Assembly (NCBI GenBank): GCA_964016885.1
Contig: OZ024742.1
Coordinates: forward strand, 262,260,001-262,324,000
DNA length: 64,000 nt
From: Eledone cirrhosa
Lineage: Eukaryota
Direction of reading: 5' to 3'
Shown here: in pieces, positions 35,314 through 48,129 of the stretch
Numbering within the stretch: position 1 is the first letter of the stretch
Layout of the letters: every line of letters begins with the position of its first letter
Translations under genes and position numbers: made by a program
The notes under the pieces: generated by a model
Told to the model about the DNA's origin: nothing
Database searches by the model: none
What the model saw: the letters and a program-made list of their open reading frames with translations, nothing else

Positions 35314-36659
35314 GTAATTCTCTTTTGATTTCACATTGCATTGCTTCCTTCTCTTCAACTATATTTAGTTTACCTTTGGTACAGTGGTTAGGGTGTTTGA
35401 TTCAAGGACTGGGTGATACATTGTGACCTTTCACATTGTCCCAGTTCATAAATGAGTAGTGATGATACTGATGCAAAGCTGTTTCAGTTTTTACCTTTCA
35501 CTTGAGGAGCATCAATGTCGTGGAAAAGGGAAACTGGCATACATGGGCGACTACTGATCTTCCATAAAACACCTTGCCCAGGCTTATACCTTGGAGAGTA
35601 ATTTTCCAAGTGCAAACCCATGATCAGTCGTGACCAATGGGGTCTTACATAAATTTCCTTCTCCAAATAGTAAATCCAACCAACACTGTCCTCACCACCT
35701 AAGCCTCATGTTTTCAATCTACTTAATATGCTGATATTTAAATTACAACTCTGAACCAAAATTTTGTAATTTGTGGAGGAGCTGTAGGGAATTTGCTTTT
35801 CATCCTTTCGGAGTTGATAAAATGAAGTACCAATGAAGTACTGGGGTCGATTTAATTGATTTTTTTCATCCCCTCAAATTGCTGTGCTTGTGCCTAAAAT
35901 TGAAATTATTTTTCATTTCTGGAGCAATGAAGGCAAGGCTGCTCACCTCACACTTCATCCCTCTTCCCTTCGGAACATGGCCCAGATACCAACATGGAGA
36001 TACAAGGTCAAGGAGGTGGATTCCATAACCCTGAGTAGGGGCCCATTCCAGATACTGTTAGCTGAACACAGTTGTGCCTGGGACTCATAAGGTGGGACTA
36101 TATAGGGTAATCACTCCAGGTAATGTCAGCTGAGCCTAAGTCTTGTGTAAGAGTGGTCATGCCCTGTAGTAATGATGGGTCATTGTCCACTGTCATCCTA
36201 GGAGTTGGTATTAGACTCATGATCATAAGCTGGTGAGTTTGATTCCTGGACTGGGCAGTGCATTATATTTTTGAGCAAGATGTTTCATTTTACATTACTA
36301 TAGTCAGAATCGGGGAAGAAAGAACAAAGTGTTTATATTTATCTAAACACCTTCCATAATAATTTTATGTTAGAAGCTTTGGTATGTTCCAAATGCCAAC
36401 TTAATAAGAAATTTATTTTACTAAATCACTAAATTATTTTCAAAACTTTTTGAAAATTACAAGTAGTGTCTTTCATTACATATATTGTATGAAAAGGCTT
36501 AAAACATACAAGAAACATTCTGAGATGCAGCCTTTTAGGTAGCCAGTTAAACTTACATAGGTGTTGGGTGTAAATTTCATTTTCATTTCAAGTTGTCCAA
36601 TGTCCCATAGAAGACAAAAAGAACTAGAAAAGATGATTATTATTATTATGTTGTTGCAG

Positions 36660-36884
36660 CAACAAGAAATGAATGCACGTGCGTCGAAAGGAGAGCCACC
36701 ATTGCCTGAGGAAGACGTTAACAAGCTATTTAAACCAATCCAGCCCCCAGTACGCTTAGAGACTATGCTGATAGCTGGACAGATTGATTATTATTGCACT
36801 CAAATAATGGACTTTACTTCACATAGTTTTGCCAAGTTATTCATGGCTGACAGCTTGCAAAAGGTTAACAACAACCTCAACTAA
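36660..36884 (+). CDS. EIF3H: eIF3h coding exon 6 (last)
   Basis: TTGCAG acceptor; [42 protein letters not shown]...KLFMADSLQ...*. The six exons sum to 996 nt = 331 aa plus stop. Confidence 0.93.
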   Translation, partial: QQEMNARASKGEPPLPEEDVNKLFKPIQPPVRLETMLIAGQIDYYCTQIMDFTSHSFAKLFMADSLQKVNNNLN

Positions 36885-36901
36885 CCAATCTGAATGTTTC
36901 A

Positions 36902-36926
36902 AATAAAAACTCAGTGATGTAATAAA
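36902..36926 (+). terminator. Two AATAAA polyadenylation signals of eIF3h
   Basis: AATAAA at 36902-36907 and 36921-36926, followed by a U-rich tract, just after the stop codon. Confidence 0.55.
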
Positions 36927-39640
36927 GGTTTGACTTTTCTTTCTTTTAAACCTTTTGATAGCAAGTCACCTGTATCAACCATACCTGATTCAAAGCTACA
37001 GAGCTGTTTATTTTAAAGTATTTGTATTTATCTAAAAACCTATTATAATTTTATGTAAGAACTTTTGTTAAATTAAGTTCCAAACACCAACTCAACCTTT
37101 CTGATTTCAAATTACCTGAAACCGCCCCTAATATAAAGCTGTTTATTTTAAAGTGTTTATATTTATCTAAAAACCTTCCCTCATGTAAGAACTGTGTCGT
37201 ATTCCGATTACCAACTTAATAATGAGAATGTTATTACTAAATCAATTCAAAATAATTTGAAAAATATACAGTTCCTTTATTTAGAAAAATGGTAACAAAA
37301 GCGTTAAAATATTTATATTTATCTAAAAACTTTCCATCATAATTTTATCAAAGAATCAAACACCAACTTGAGAAATCCTTACAAATTCTTGTTATTTTTA
37401 AAATCATAGGCAGTGTATTTCGTTAGAAATATGGAAATGAAAAGGTCAATTTAATTTGTTGTCCAGTTTAACACGAGTACCTGGGTACATTTAACCAGGT
37501 CACCCTGAAAATGGTAATGATCACTGCCCTTTCATCCCTGACTAAACAGTAAAAAGAATTTTCAAAATCTCAAAATTCAACAGTAAATTGAGTGGAAATA
37601 TATCAAATTTAGGTAGTGAATTGGCATAATTGTTTGTGTTGTAGAAAATGCTTTGTAGTATTTGTTCCATTCTAAATTCAGATCCTCTCGAAGTTAAATT
37701 TGCTTTTTATCCTTCCAGGTTTGATAAGTATTGATCCAAAGTGATGGACTGGCTAAATTGTTAGAACATTGGACAAGATAGCCTTGCAGTACTTGTTCCA
37801 GTTTTTATTTCTAAGTGGAAATCCTATAACATTTCTACACACGTTTTTCTATTAGTTATGAAATAGTATTAGTGAAAGCATGTGGGTAAGTGGTTAGGAT
37901 GTTTGGACTGAGGAGCATAAGGTTTTAGGTTCAGTTCCCAGACCAAGTGGTGCATTGTTTTCTTCTGCAAGATGCTTTATTTCATGTTGCTTTTCATGAT
38001 AGGACTGGTCCCTATCATTAAAACACTTGTGAAGCCTAAGATATGAAGTCATGTAGGAAGCCAGGAGAAACCTGTATAGGTGTGAGCTGCAAATTTCATT
38101 TCATTTTTAATTAATTTTGGGTTTACATATGTCCAGAGTTAACAAAGGTTGATAAACTACAGTTCATGGGCCAAGTTCTGCCCACAGTTTCATTTCATCC
38201 AGCTCTGGATTTCATTTATGTAATATTGTATACACAAATTCTTTATTTTCCTTCCCAATCTTTGGTACAATGTTTGGATTATGTTCACTGTTCTAATTAA
38301 TTTATATGCATTGGCATAATTGTTAAAGTATTTAATTAGAGCTCATTACATTCTGGGTTCAAATCCCACTGAGGTCAACTCTGCCTTTCATCCTTTGAGG
38401 GTTGATAAAATAAAGTACCAGTCAGGTTCTGGGGCTGATGTAACTTTCCTGTCATCCAAAATTGCTGGACTTGTGCCTAAATTAAGAACCATTAGAAATA
38501 TTTTTTATTAAGGTAATTAAACGATATTATATTAAGGAGGTTAACTTTGCCTTTCATTCTGACCGGGTCGATAAAATAAAGTACCAGTAATGAACTGGAT
38601 AATTGCTGGCCTTGTGCCAAAAGTAGAAACAATTATATTAAGAAACTTTTGTTCTTTTGGTTATTCTATATATCATCTGTGAAAATCATTCTACATTAAA
38701 TGCTTCGAAAGAAACGATCAAAATTATCTTTTTTAAATGTTTACATAGTCTTGTATGATTATGGTTTCATTTGTTATTTACTCAGACAAAAACATTTCCT
38801 ATCTGGCTCATCTCCAAAGAAGTTTGCTTAAGAATTAACTTTGTTCTTTCTGGGGAGGTAAAGGCATGTAGCCTAATGGTTAGTTTTCGACTTACAAGCA
38901 TAATGTCGTATTCTTCAGCAAGAGACTTTATTTCATGTTGCTTTTCATGGTTTTCATTAAAACATTTGAGTAACCTATAAGATGAAACCCTGCAGGAGGC
39001 CAGCGTAAGTGTCTGTTTTCCATCTCAGTTTGGTAGTATTGGATTGGATTTTTATCTCTGTAGAGTTATTTCCCATGTCATTGTAGTTCATGTTTCAATC
39101 ACTAGGCATAATATTTTTACTTTAGGCAAAAGGCTAACAATTTTTTAGGGTATGGAAAGTCGATTATACCAACCTCAGCACTTTATTGGTATTTCATTTT
39201 TATCAACCTCGGAAGAATGAGAGACAAAGTTGACTTTGGTGGAATTTGAGAATTCAGAACATAAAGAGTAAATAAAGTATTTTTACCAATGCTCTTATGA
39301 TTCTGCCCTTATGTACCTTCATAACTGAGAGCAGTCATTTTCAATCGCTGTGCTACAATGTTTGGAAAAAAATGCCAAATCTACTGACCTGGCCAAAACC
39401 AGCTCTGAGTCTTTTTAAACAAAGCCACCAATTTTAAGAATTCGTTTTTAAATTAAACTATATATTAAGAGCTTTTGTAGTAATTAAATAATTAATAATT
39501 TTAGTAAATGCCTCCAAATTCTTCACTAATTAGAATGTATATTATTAGAAATATTATTCCAAATGTGTTAAGGCTCTATGCAGAGGAATATATTCTTTGC
39601 AGCAAACTGCGATGTGTGTTCCCATCTTTGTTTTGAAAAG

Positions 39641-39881
39641 GTTAACCCTTTTGTTACTCTATTTCTAATGGAAGACACTACTTATAATTTTGAAAATATT
39701 TGAGAATTTGGAGTGATTTAGTAATTAATATAACTTTCTTTATTAAGCTGGTGTTTAGAGCATAAAGGTTCTTACATAAAATTATGATAGAAAGTTTTTA
39801 GATAAATCTAAACATTTTAAAATAAACAGTTTTGTGTTGTAGAAATGGACCGTTTCAAGTAGCTTGGTATCAAAAGCGTTA
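39641..39881. mobile_element. ~240-bp TTAA-type MITE (decayed relatives at ~34276-34450, 36947-37450, 39923-40358)
   Basis: Ends AACCCTTTTGTTAC / GTATCAAAAGCGTT. The internal sequence matches the 36947-37450 copies in reverse orientation. Confidence 0.5.
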
Positions 39882-40084
39882 TTTTTTTTTATGATAGTAG
39901 TGGTGATGAACTGTTTCCCATTTACCCCTTTTGTGACCATATTTTTAATGAAATATACTTTATATGGATTAAGGAATTTGGAAGTATTTCCTAAAATTAT
40001 TTTGTTAGTCTGGTATTTGAAACATAACTTGATAAAAGGTTATTAAATTATATGTACGATTTTAATTTAAATGGGAACCCTTAA

Positions 40085-40292
40085 CCCTTTAGCATTTAAA
40101 CCAGCCATATCCGGCCAGAATTTTCTCACTCCTTTCTGTTCAAACTGGCCATAGCCAGCTACTCATACTGATGTTAAGGTATTGTTTTCAAAATAAATAA
40201 TATTAAAATCTCATAGTTTTGATATTATGTGAAATAAAGTGTTTACCATGAAAATATAATAGTAAATATAGAGTAATGTAAATGCTAAAGGG
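40085..40292 (+). mobile_element. piggyBac-derived MITE
   Basis: Perfect 14-bp TIR CCCTTTAGCATTTA / TAAATGCTAAAGGG with TTAA duplication on both sides. Confidence 0.88.
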
Positions 40293-42429
40293 TTAAAAAT
40301 GAGTAATGTTTTATAGAACAAAAGGTGGTTTTCAGTGAGTTGATATGGAAGGGGTTAATTGTAGCTAGTTTAACTTATGTCTACATTTGATCCTAGTTCT
40401 ACCTATATCTGAACTGTTCCTTTAACCCTTTTGATACCTTAGTTTTATGATAGAAAATCATGTGTAAAAAAATTCATATCTATATGAACTAAACACTGGC
40501 TAAATATATCAAGTAATCAAAGTTTCACTGGAACATAGGACTATCATCAACATCATAATTCAATGCCCATTTTTCTATGGTGGCATGGGTTGGGTGGGTC
40601 ATCACAGACCAAATCACTACTTTATTGGAGCTACTGTCCTAGACAGGTTGTGGACCATATCTTATATACATTCCAGTTTTAGCATTATTTCTACAGTGGG
40701 ATGCTCTTCGTAACACCAACCACTTCACGTGGTTTACAGGGTGCACCAGGTCTAGGGAGGTAGATGTCTTTGACACAATTGAAAAGTTCTTTCAACTCTT
40801 TATTTGGCATCTTTTCTACTGCTTATGAAAAGGTTGACTGTAGTTAGTTGAGCATATATCTACATCTAGTCCCAATACTACCCAAGGATTGGGCTGTGAC
40901 ACACCATTATTCTTCTATTGTCATAATAGATTACTTGCAGCAAGGTCAGCTACACAGCACATAAATGTCTCCATTTGAACTGCTAATTAGTGTCACTAAT
41001 TAAATGTAGGTTCAATTCCAGAACTGTGCAGTAGGACACCTCATTTCACAGTGTGTATGATAGGCTAGGCTCCCTATCACAGAGGAATAGAAACAGTCTC
41101 TCTGATGGGCTTCTACACAGCTTCCATCTATCAAATTTTACTTTACCCCATGGGGCGCTGGGCAGTAGAGAGGATATAATAGTATATCAGATATCAAACG
41201 ATATATATAAATATAGTAAAAGAAAAATTATATATTTATTTATACATAGTATTGCGAGCAAGGAAAAGCGGACATAAAATGATGATATATATAAATTGAT
41301 TTTATTTATTATATATTATTTACATTTTGCGTGTAGACAGATCTCTCTGGAAATAGGGGTGGGGGTGCTGAGGGTATTACGTGGCCGCAAGAGGTTCATT
41401 GACCCCAAAAGTTTGAGAACCTCTCGTGTAAAGGGTTATGGTAGAAGACAACTATCAAATGTGCCAAGCAGTAGTATCAAACTAGAAACTACATAGTTAC
41501 AACACAAACTTCTTAATCACAGCATGCCATTGCATTTCATTGAAAATAAATACCAATAATATGTTGGGGGCAGATCTATCTGATCAATTCTCTCTCTCCT
41601 TAAATTTGCAGCTTTGTGTTTGCATTGGAAACCTTTAGTGAGATGAGTGAAGAAAAGATGTAGCAAACATAGTTTGATAGTTGAGATAAAAGATGTTGCT
41701 GGACCTTCGACAGTTCTGATGATGAGCGTTACAGTTGTTTGATCAACGGCACAGTTTTCCTATGAAGTTTATGTGCAATTAGCTGTGCATTCCACAGACA
41801 TGTACCTTCAACATAGTTCTCAGTGAGATTCAATGCAGACAAAGCTGTTCTTTGGAATTATAGGTATAACTAATTTTTTTTCAGCTGAATGAACTGGAGC
41901 AATGTAAGATAAAATGTTTTGTTCAAAGACAATGCACTATCTGGTTGAGGAGTGAACAACTCACAAGCTAACAATTGGGAGTCAAACATCCAAGCCATGC
42001 ACCTATACAGAAACATATAGTAATTGTAGAAAGATTGAGGATTGATGTCCGTGACCTAGTTTGAGTCTAGGATATGTAATTTTTATAACTTTGTTAGTTT
42101 TAATCATTAGACTATGGCTATGTCAGGTACTGAATTAAAGGGATTTAGTAAATCATGGATACCAGTACACTTTTTGTCAAACTGTGGCCATGAGCCAACA
42201 AATGACTCTGCAAATTTGCCTCTCTCTTGTATACCCTTTTACAGATATGACACACACAAGGCCTTTGGATAGCTTTGAATGTAACTTCTTCCTTATGCAC
42301 TCTCATGTGCCACTTGAGTCCAGCAGCAGACCTACAAAGTTTGTCACTAAATTGACAGACATTTCAGTGAGGACATGGTCATAATCGGCCTCAACTGCTG
42401 ATTACTGTAAGCTCTTAAATGATTAACAA

Positions 42430-43130
42430 GCCCAGCATGAGAAAGAACATTTCCGCAGATGTTATAGACATGCTCCGATTGGATATCTTCCGGGATTGAG
42501 TCTACATCACTTTTAATAAGTGCTCTTTTAAATACTGAATGCTCAATCCTTTTGACCTCAGAGCAATTACAACCATCATAAATCAGCCCTCTCCATCAGA
42601 TCTACTCTCAACCTTGTCTTCAGGTTGCTTTGACAACATCTCTGAAACGTTTCTTGGGTTTGTGTCTAGGGTGTTTACCAAGAGTTAACTCTCCATACCA
42701 AATTTGCTTAAGCAACCTCTCATCTCCCATCTACCTCAAATTTCCTGCCCAATGCAGTTGGTTTCAAATGAATGGTTTTTCTAAGCTGGATGTATTGGTC
42801 CACTGCAGAACAACGGTGTCCGGTGTAAATGACTGCCACTTAATGTTCAAAATACACCTTAGGCATTTTTGGTGGAATATTTCTAAAAGTTTGACATGAT
42901 GTTGGTATGTGTTCCAAGTTTCGGAAGAATACAAGGGAGCAGTCTGGGCACATGCTACCAATCTAGAAAAAGGTATATCCACCATCAACCTCCTGTAGCT
43001 AGTCTGGTTTCTGAGAGAGCAGCTATGCCAATGTTCTCTTTTAGGACTCTGGCAGTCAAAGCGATCTTATGTTTGAAGTTCTTGCTGTCTTGGCGAGTTA
43101 GCACATTCCAAGATCCAATGAATAGGAATT
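42430..43130 (-). mobile_element. Internally deleted RTE/BovB-like LINE
   Basis: An endonuclease start (WNVLT...IAALSETRL) is joined to an RT C-terminus (LYSSETW...FHQKCLRCILNIKWQ). Confidence 0.6.
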
Positions 43131-43457
43131 TTAATTTTAATTATTTTAGTGCATTTAATGACTGAGAGTGGTGGAATAAGCAATTTTTAGGTTACATTTT
43201 CTTGACCTTTCCTCCTTTGGAGGAAAGCAGTGACGTCCCAAACGGCTGCTTTAGACATGTGCAGACTTCCAGTGTCATCTTTCACCTGTTCCTGTTGCTA
43301 TAGGATTTTTTTTTATGGTATTTTACTGAACTACTGGCACATGACTTGTTTATAGTGGTCATTGCTGGTGCAGCACAATGCACACACTCTCCTTCAAGAT
43401 AGCATTTACTTGGGTGGATGCATGGTGTGCCACATGCCAGATGCTAAAATATATATA

Positions 43458-43491
<34 letters not shown>

Positions 43492-44239
43492 ACATGATAA
43501 TTCTCCCTCTCAAAAATTTTTCACTGGTAGCAGTCAGTTCAGAAAATTGTCCATTCACTGCCTGCATACCAATCGGTGAAACTCTGCAATCGGTACTTTG
43601 AAGGAAAAATGAGGTACATTTTTGTCTATTTGCTCTTCACACTTCTAATTGTTATATATCATCATCATCATCATCATCATTTTTACGTCCGCTTTTCCCT
43701 GCTTGCAAGGGTGGGACGGGAACTGATTCTGGCTTGATTTCTACAGCTGGATGCCCTTCCTAACACCAACCTCATTTATAGTGAGTGCTGGGTGCTTTTT
43801 TTCCGTGGCACCTACACGACCACTTTGCAGTGGAATGATAGGGACCCCCCCAGTTCCTATCATCTCATTTCTACAGCTGAGTAAACTGGAGCAATGTGAA
43901 ATAAAGTGTCTTGCTCAAGGAAACAACACATCATATAGTTCTGTTTAATTGATTATTTAATTCTTTTATTCATTGAGCAAAACTGGTAAAGAAGGGATAC
44001 TACACATATATATATATATATATATATATGTGTTTATACTTATGTATCTTATTAATTTGTTCTAACACCCTTATGGTTGAATAAAATTTAGGCTGAAACA
44101 GACTGCTTCCACTAGCAAATCTATTACTTGCCAACCATCCACCCTTTACTACCCTTCTGGTAGCTGTTATACCACATGATAATTCTCCCTCTCGAACATT
44201 TTTGACTAGTAACGTTCAGTTCAGGAAATTGTCTTTTCA

Positions 44240-45070
44240 TTGAGGGGTCTCTTGACAAGCTGATAAACTCATGACCTGATTGCACTTCAAGTAAGTAGAA
44301 GCAAAATCAGAACCGTGATCCCCTCAGTGAAATGGCCTACTCAGTATGTAGGAAAGGTGTAGGTAGAAATTGCACTGTCTACCCCAAATGCAAATTATGA
44401 GTCCGTAAGAGATGTAGTGGGATCTTGGGAAGTTTAGCTAAGAATGTAGGCTTTACATGTAGCAGTAAGCAGGAAACAAATTCCAGGAAGGCTCTGTAGG
44501 AGCAGTAGACAGTTTCTGCTACCTATCCAAGTAGCAGAAACTGTCCAAATTAGCAGTGGTGGTGAGAATGGAATGGAAGAAGTTCAAGGAGCTACAACTA
44601 CTGCTAGCTATGAAAGGTAGACTGTATGATGCATGCATACGAACAGCAATGTTGCATGGTAGTGAGACCTGGGTGCTGTGTGCAGAAGACTTGTGTTAGA
44701 TTGGAAAGAAATGAAGCTTACATGTTCTGATGGATGTGTAATAGAAATATATGTAAATGGCAAAGCATAAATGAACTGAGAGAGAAACTAGGCATAAGAG
44801 GAATCAAATGCAGTGTGCAGGAGAGGGGATTGGGTTGGTATGGACATGTGTTGCATATGAAGGATGGCAGCTGTATAAAAAGGGGCAGAGCACGCAAAGG
44901 CGATGGAAGCCTTGGAGTGGGGCATACCCAGGAAGACTGGACAAGGTGATAAAAGCTGACCTTGCCCATTTGCACCCGAAAGACAATGAGACAGGACCAA
45001 GATCTCTGGCGTTATGCAGTAATACAAAAGACCTGCCTTCGCACAAGCACAGGTCAAAGCTGAAGCATAT
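44240..45070 (+). mobile_element. Decayed RTE family B 3' fragment
   Basis: [18 protein letters not shown] and LREKLGIRGIKCSVQERGLGWYGHV remnants. Confidence 0.75.
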
Positions 45071-46644
45071 GATTTGGGCTTAAATTCAATATTTTTAATA
45101 CTTCTCCGAGTGGATTATTGGTTTATTAATATATCATCCTTTCATTGAGATGCTTACGTATTAGAAACAATTGCCTCTCAGACTGGCTGGGGGCTGCATC
45201 TCACATTCCTACACTTTACAGAGTGCACTAGTGGGGAGTTATCATTGATACAAATTTGAATTCTCTCAATCATTTTGCTATGGTTTCTACGGTTGGGTAC
45301 ACTATCACCAACCATCTTATGTGGTTTACTGGGTGCATTTTTTTTGTAGCACCAGCACTATGAAGGTTGTTGGTCATATATATTATTTGTGATGCATGTG
45401 GATCTCCCTCCTCTTTCTTTGTTGATTTGCTCACTACTTTACTACGATCTATCTCCCCTGCTTTCATGTGACTCTTGTCTCGTTCTTTCGTCTTAGTACA
45501 ACCACACTGTTCAAATGGAGATATTACTACTAGCCTACTTTTTCCTCTCTGCACATTATCTACCCTGTGTTTGTTTTGTCTCCATAAGTCTGACCATCTA
45601 CATCACACATTTAATTATACACATATTTTGTCCTCAATGTATTTTTATATAGGTTCTTCTCCGTCTTGTAACATACTCCATGACAGTGTTTCTCTATATT
45701 GTTGGATACTGTGTACCAAATTTCATTCACAAGTCATAAGACTATAACAAGACATTTCCCCTGGCATCACACAGTGGGAGTGAAACTGAAACCACGTGGT
45801 TGTGAAGCGAACTCCTTAACCACTCAGTCATACCTGTACCAGTATATAATAATTAATTTTAAATATTTCTGCTTAAACTGTTTATGTTTAATCAGGAAGT
45901 GAAGGCTGAAAGGACGAGGTGTAGTAGTTAGTATTGGGCGTTGGACGAAACATGAGTCTAGTGCCTAAGTGGGGTGGCATGAGATAAGCAAACCCAGAGA
46001 TTATTGTAGTAGTGGTGGGGGAAAAGAGTCAGCTCGTCTGTGGACAAGGAATTGGATAGTGTTAGTGAATGACTTCATACAGATTAGCTTTTGTCTGGAT
46101 GAGATTTGTGTCTAACAGTAGCAGCGTCACACCGCCTCACTAGATATGCGAACAGTATGAGTTATCTGAATGGCATCATACCATCTAGAGAGGTTGAGAG
46201 TTAAACTTTCTTATTCGGAGCGAGAGCATAGTGTACGTATGTCCACGCAGCTTAGCTTCTCGCCATCTATCGATTGAATCTAGTAGAAGCATGAAAAACA
46301 ACGGGAGATAACTGGCATATTTAATGTAAACAAAGTGTCTGATAAAATATTCCTGTTATAGCCGCATAGTTACCATGTAAACAAGGGGAGGTAAGTTGGG
46401 GTGGTTGTAGTGGTAGCGAAGGTGGAGGAGTGGAATGTTGTAAAAAGTCTCACACGTTCATAAACAATCTGCGTGGCCGATAACAACAAAGCAAGAGAAC
46501 TTTCTGCTGTGTGTGAAAGGAAAAACTATCAGTCTTGTATCGTCATCGACCTTACTTGGTCGATTTAAAAAACTTTATTCTCTCACCACCACCACCACCA
46601 CCAACTCATGTTAAACTTTATTTGCCAACAATTTAGTTGGGAAA

Positions 46645-47667
46645 ATGACGAACATACAGCCAAACTTACGAACTTCCAAACATATCTTTTACATAGTTTT
46701 GTTAATTCTGACTATTTATTTTCTCGTCATGGACATTATTTTATATGTTACCCTACAGAGATCCGTACTCTGCGAAAAGAAAGATGGCCTTTATTCGCCT
46801 CTACGTCCTCTCACAGTCAAACTTATAATGACCGATCCGTTTGACCATTGGATTATAAGTCCAGTGATGGAAATTTTCGATGAACTCACTGGATTCAGTA
46901 GTGTTTTTTATTTCATTACACCAAACATGATAAGTATTTTCCACATGTGCCTAACTATATTGGCTGGTAAACTGGTCTGCTCGCCTTCCTTACACACCCG
47001 CAGAATCGCTGTATTGCTCTACCAAATGCATGATCTTTTAGATGCCCTCGACGGGGTGGTTTTCCGCGCTAGATCAGGTAAAGTTCACTTATTTCAGTCG
47101 CATCGTTCTTCCATCGGCTATGTTGTGGACGGCCTCTGTGATACGATCGGTGGTACAGCCCTCTGTATTGGACTGGCCGTTAATTTGTGTCGCAACCCTC
47201 CATCCAAAAGACAACAGAATACCCTACCCTGGACAAAAGCTGACCTGTTGCTGGACAGTCCAAACGGGCCTGTTACAGCGACAGCTGAGAAACAAAACGG
47301 ACATGTCAGCAAATTCACTGCCTTTTTTCGCTGTTTTTCCTTTGGTATGCAGCTCCTTCTAGCTGCTGCCATGTGGGACAAAAGTGTTTCTAGACTTTCT
47401 GCTATTCTGCAAGTGCCCATTAAAGACCCTAGTTCTGCTGCTCTACAAGTACAACTTTTGCACTCAGCCAGTACATCCATTATATTTTGGCTGTGGCGTT
47501 TCTCCTCCGCCATGGCTCTGCTTCAGATGGTCCTCTTCTCTATTTTTATTGATAAAGTCTGGGAGTTTCTCACATTTATCATGTATGTCGGATGGCCTCT
47601 ATTAATTGCAGTCATTTTTGTTAGTGAACTACATATAAGGGCTCTACGAGAAAAAATGCACATGTAA
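46645..47667 (+). CDS. Cpes: Ceramide phosphoethanolamine synthase-like CDP-alcohol phosphotransferase (340 aa, uninterrupted ORF)
   Basis: N-terminal TM helix, VKLIMTDPFDHWI, ITPNMIS, and the CDP-alcohol motif DLLDALDGVVFRAR...GYVVDGLCD. Several C-terminal TM segments ending in D+.WEFL, an architecture recalled from insect Cpes. Confidence 0.8.
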   Translation: MTNIQPNLRTSKHIFYIVLLILTIYFLVMDIILYVTLQRSVLCEKKDGLYSPLRPLTVKLIMTDPFDHWIISPVMEIFDELTGFSSVFYFITPNMISIFHMCLTILAGKLVCSPSLHTRRIAVLLYQMHDLLDALDGVVFRARSGKVHLFQSHRSSIGYVVDGLCDTIGGTALCIGLAVNLCRNPPSKRQQNTLPWTKADLLLDSPNGPVTATAEKQNGHVSKFTAFFRCFSFGMQLLLAAAMWDKSVSRLSAILQVPIKDPSSAALQVQLLHSASTSIIFWLWRFSSAMALLQMVLFSIFIDKVWEFLTFIMYVGWPLLIAVIFVSELHIRALREKMHM

Positions 47668-48046
47668 ATGCATGCCAGTCCACATATATATGTATACACG
47701 CGCACACACATATAAACATGTTTTCAATCTCGTGGATGGAGTAAAAATGTTTATTTAGACTTTTAACAAACAAAAGTTTGTGCAAAACTACAAAACGTAT
47801 TTAACAAGAGTAACAAAGATATGTAATGTCGTAGTTTAAAGTCGTAAACTACAAATGGGAGGTTGGAATGATAGAGATACCCTAAACTACATTTTGGGAA
47901 TATCTAATATACTACAGTAGCTCAAAATATTCGAGGAATCGTGTATTACACACACACACGCGCGCGCGCGCGCATATTTATACGTACCTACATTTATGCA
48001 TAGTGCATATATATACATTTATACATATTTATACGGGTATCTATCA

Positions 48047-48099
<53 letters not shown>

Positions 48100-48129
48100 C
48101 ACATACACGTGTGTGTATGTATAATAAGG

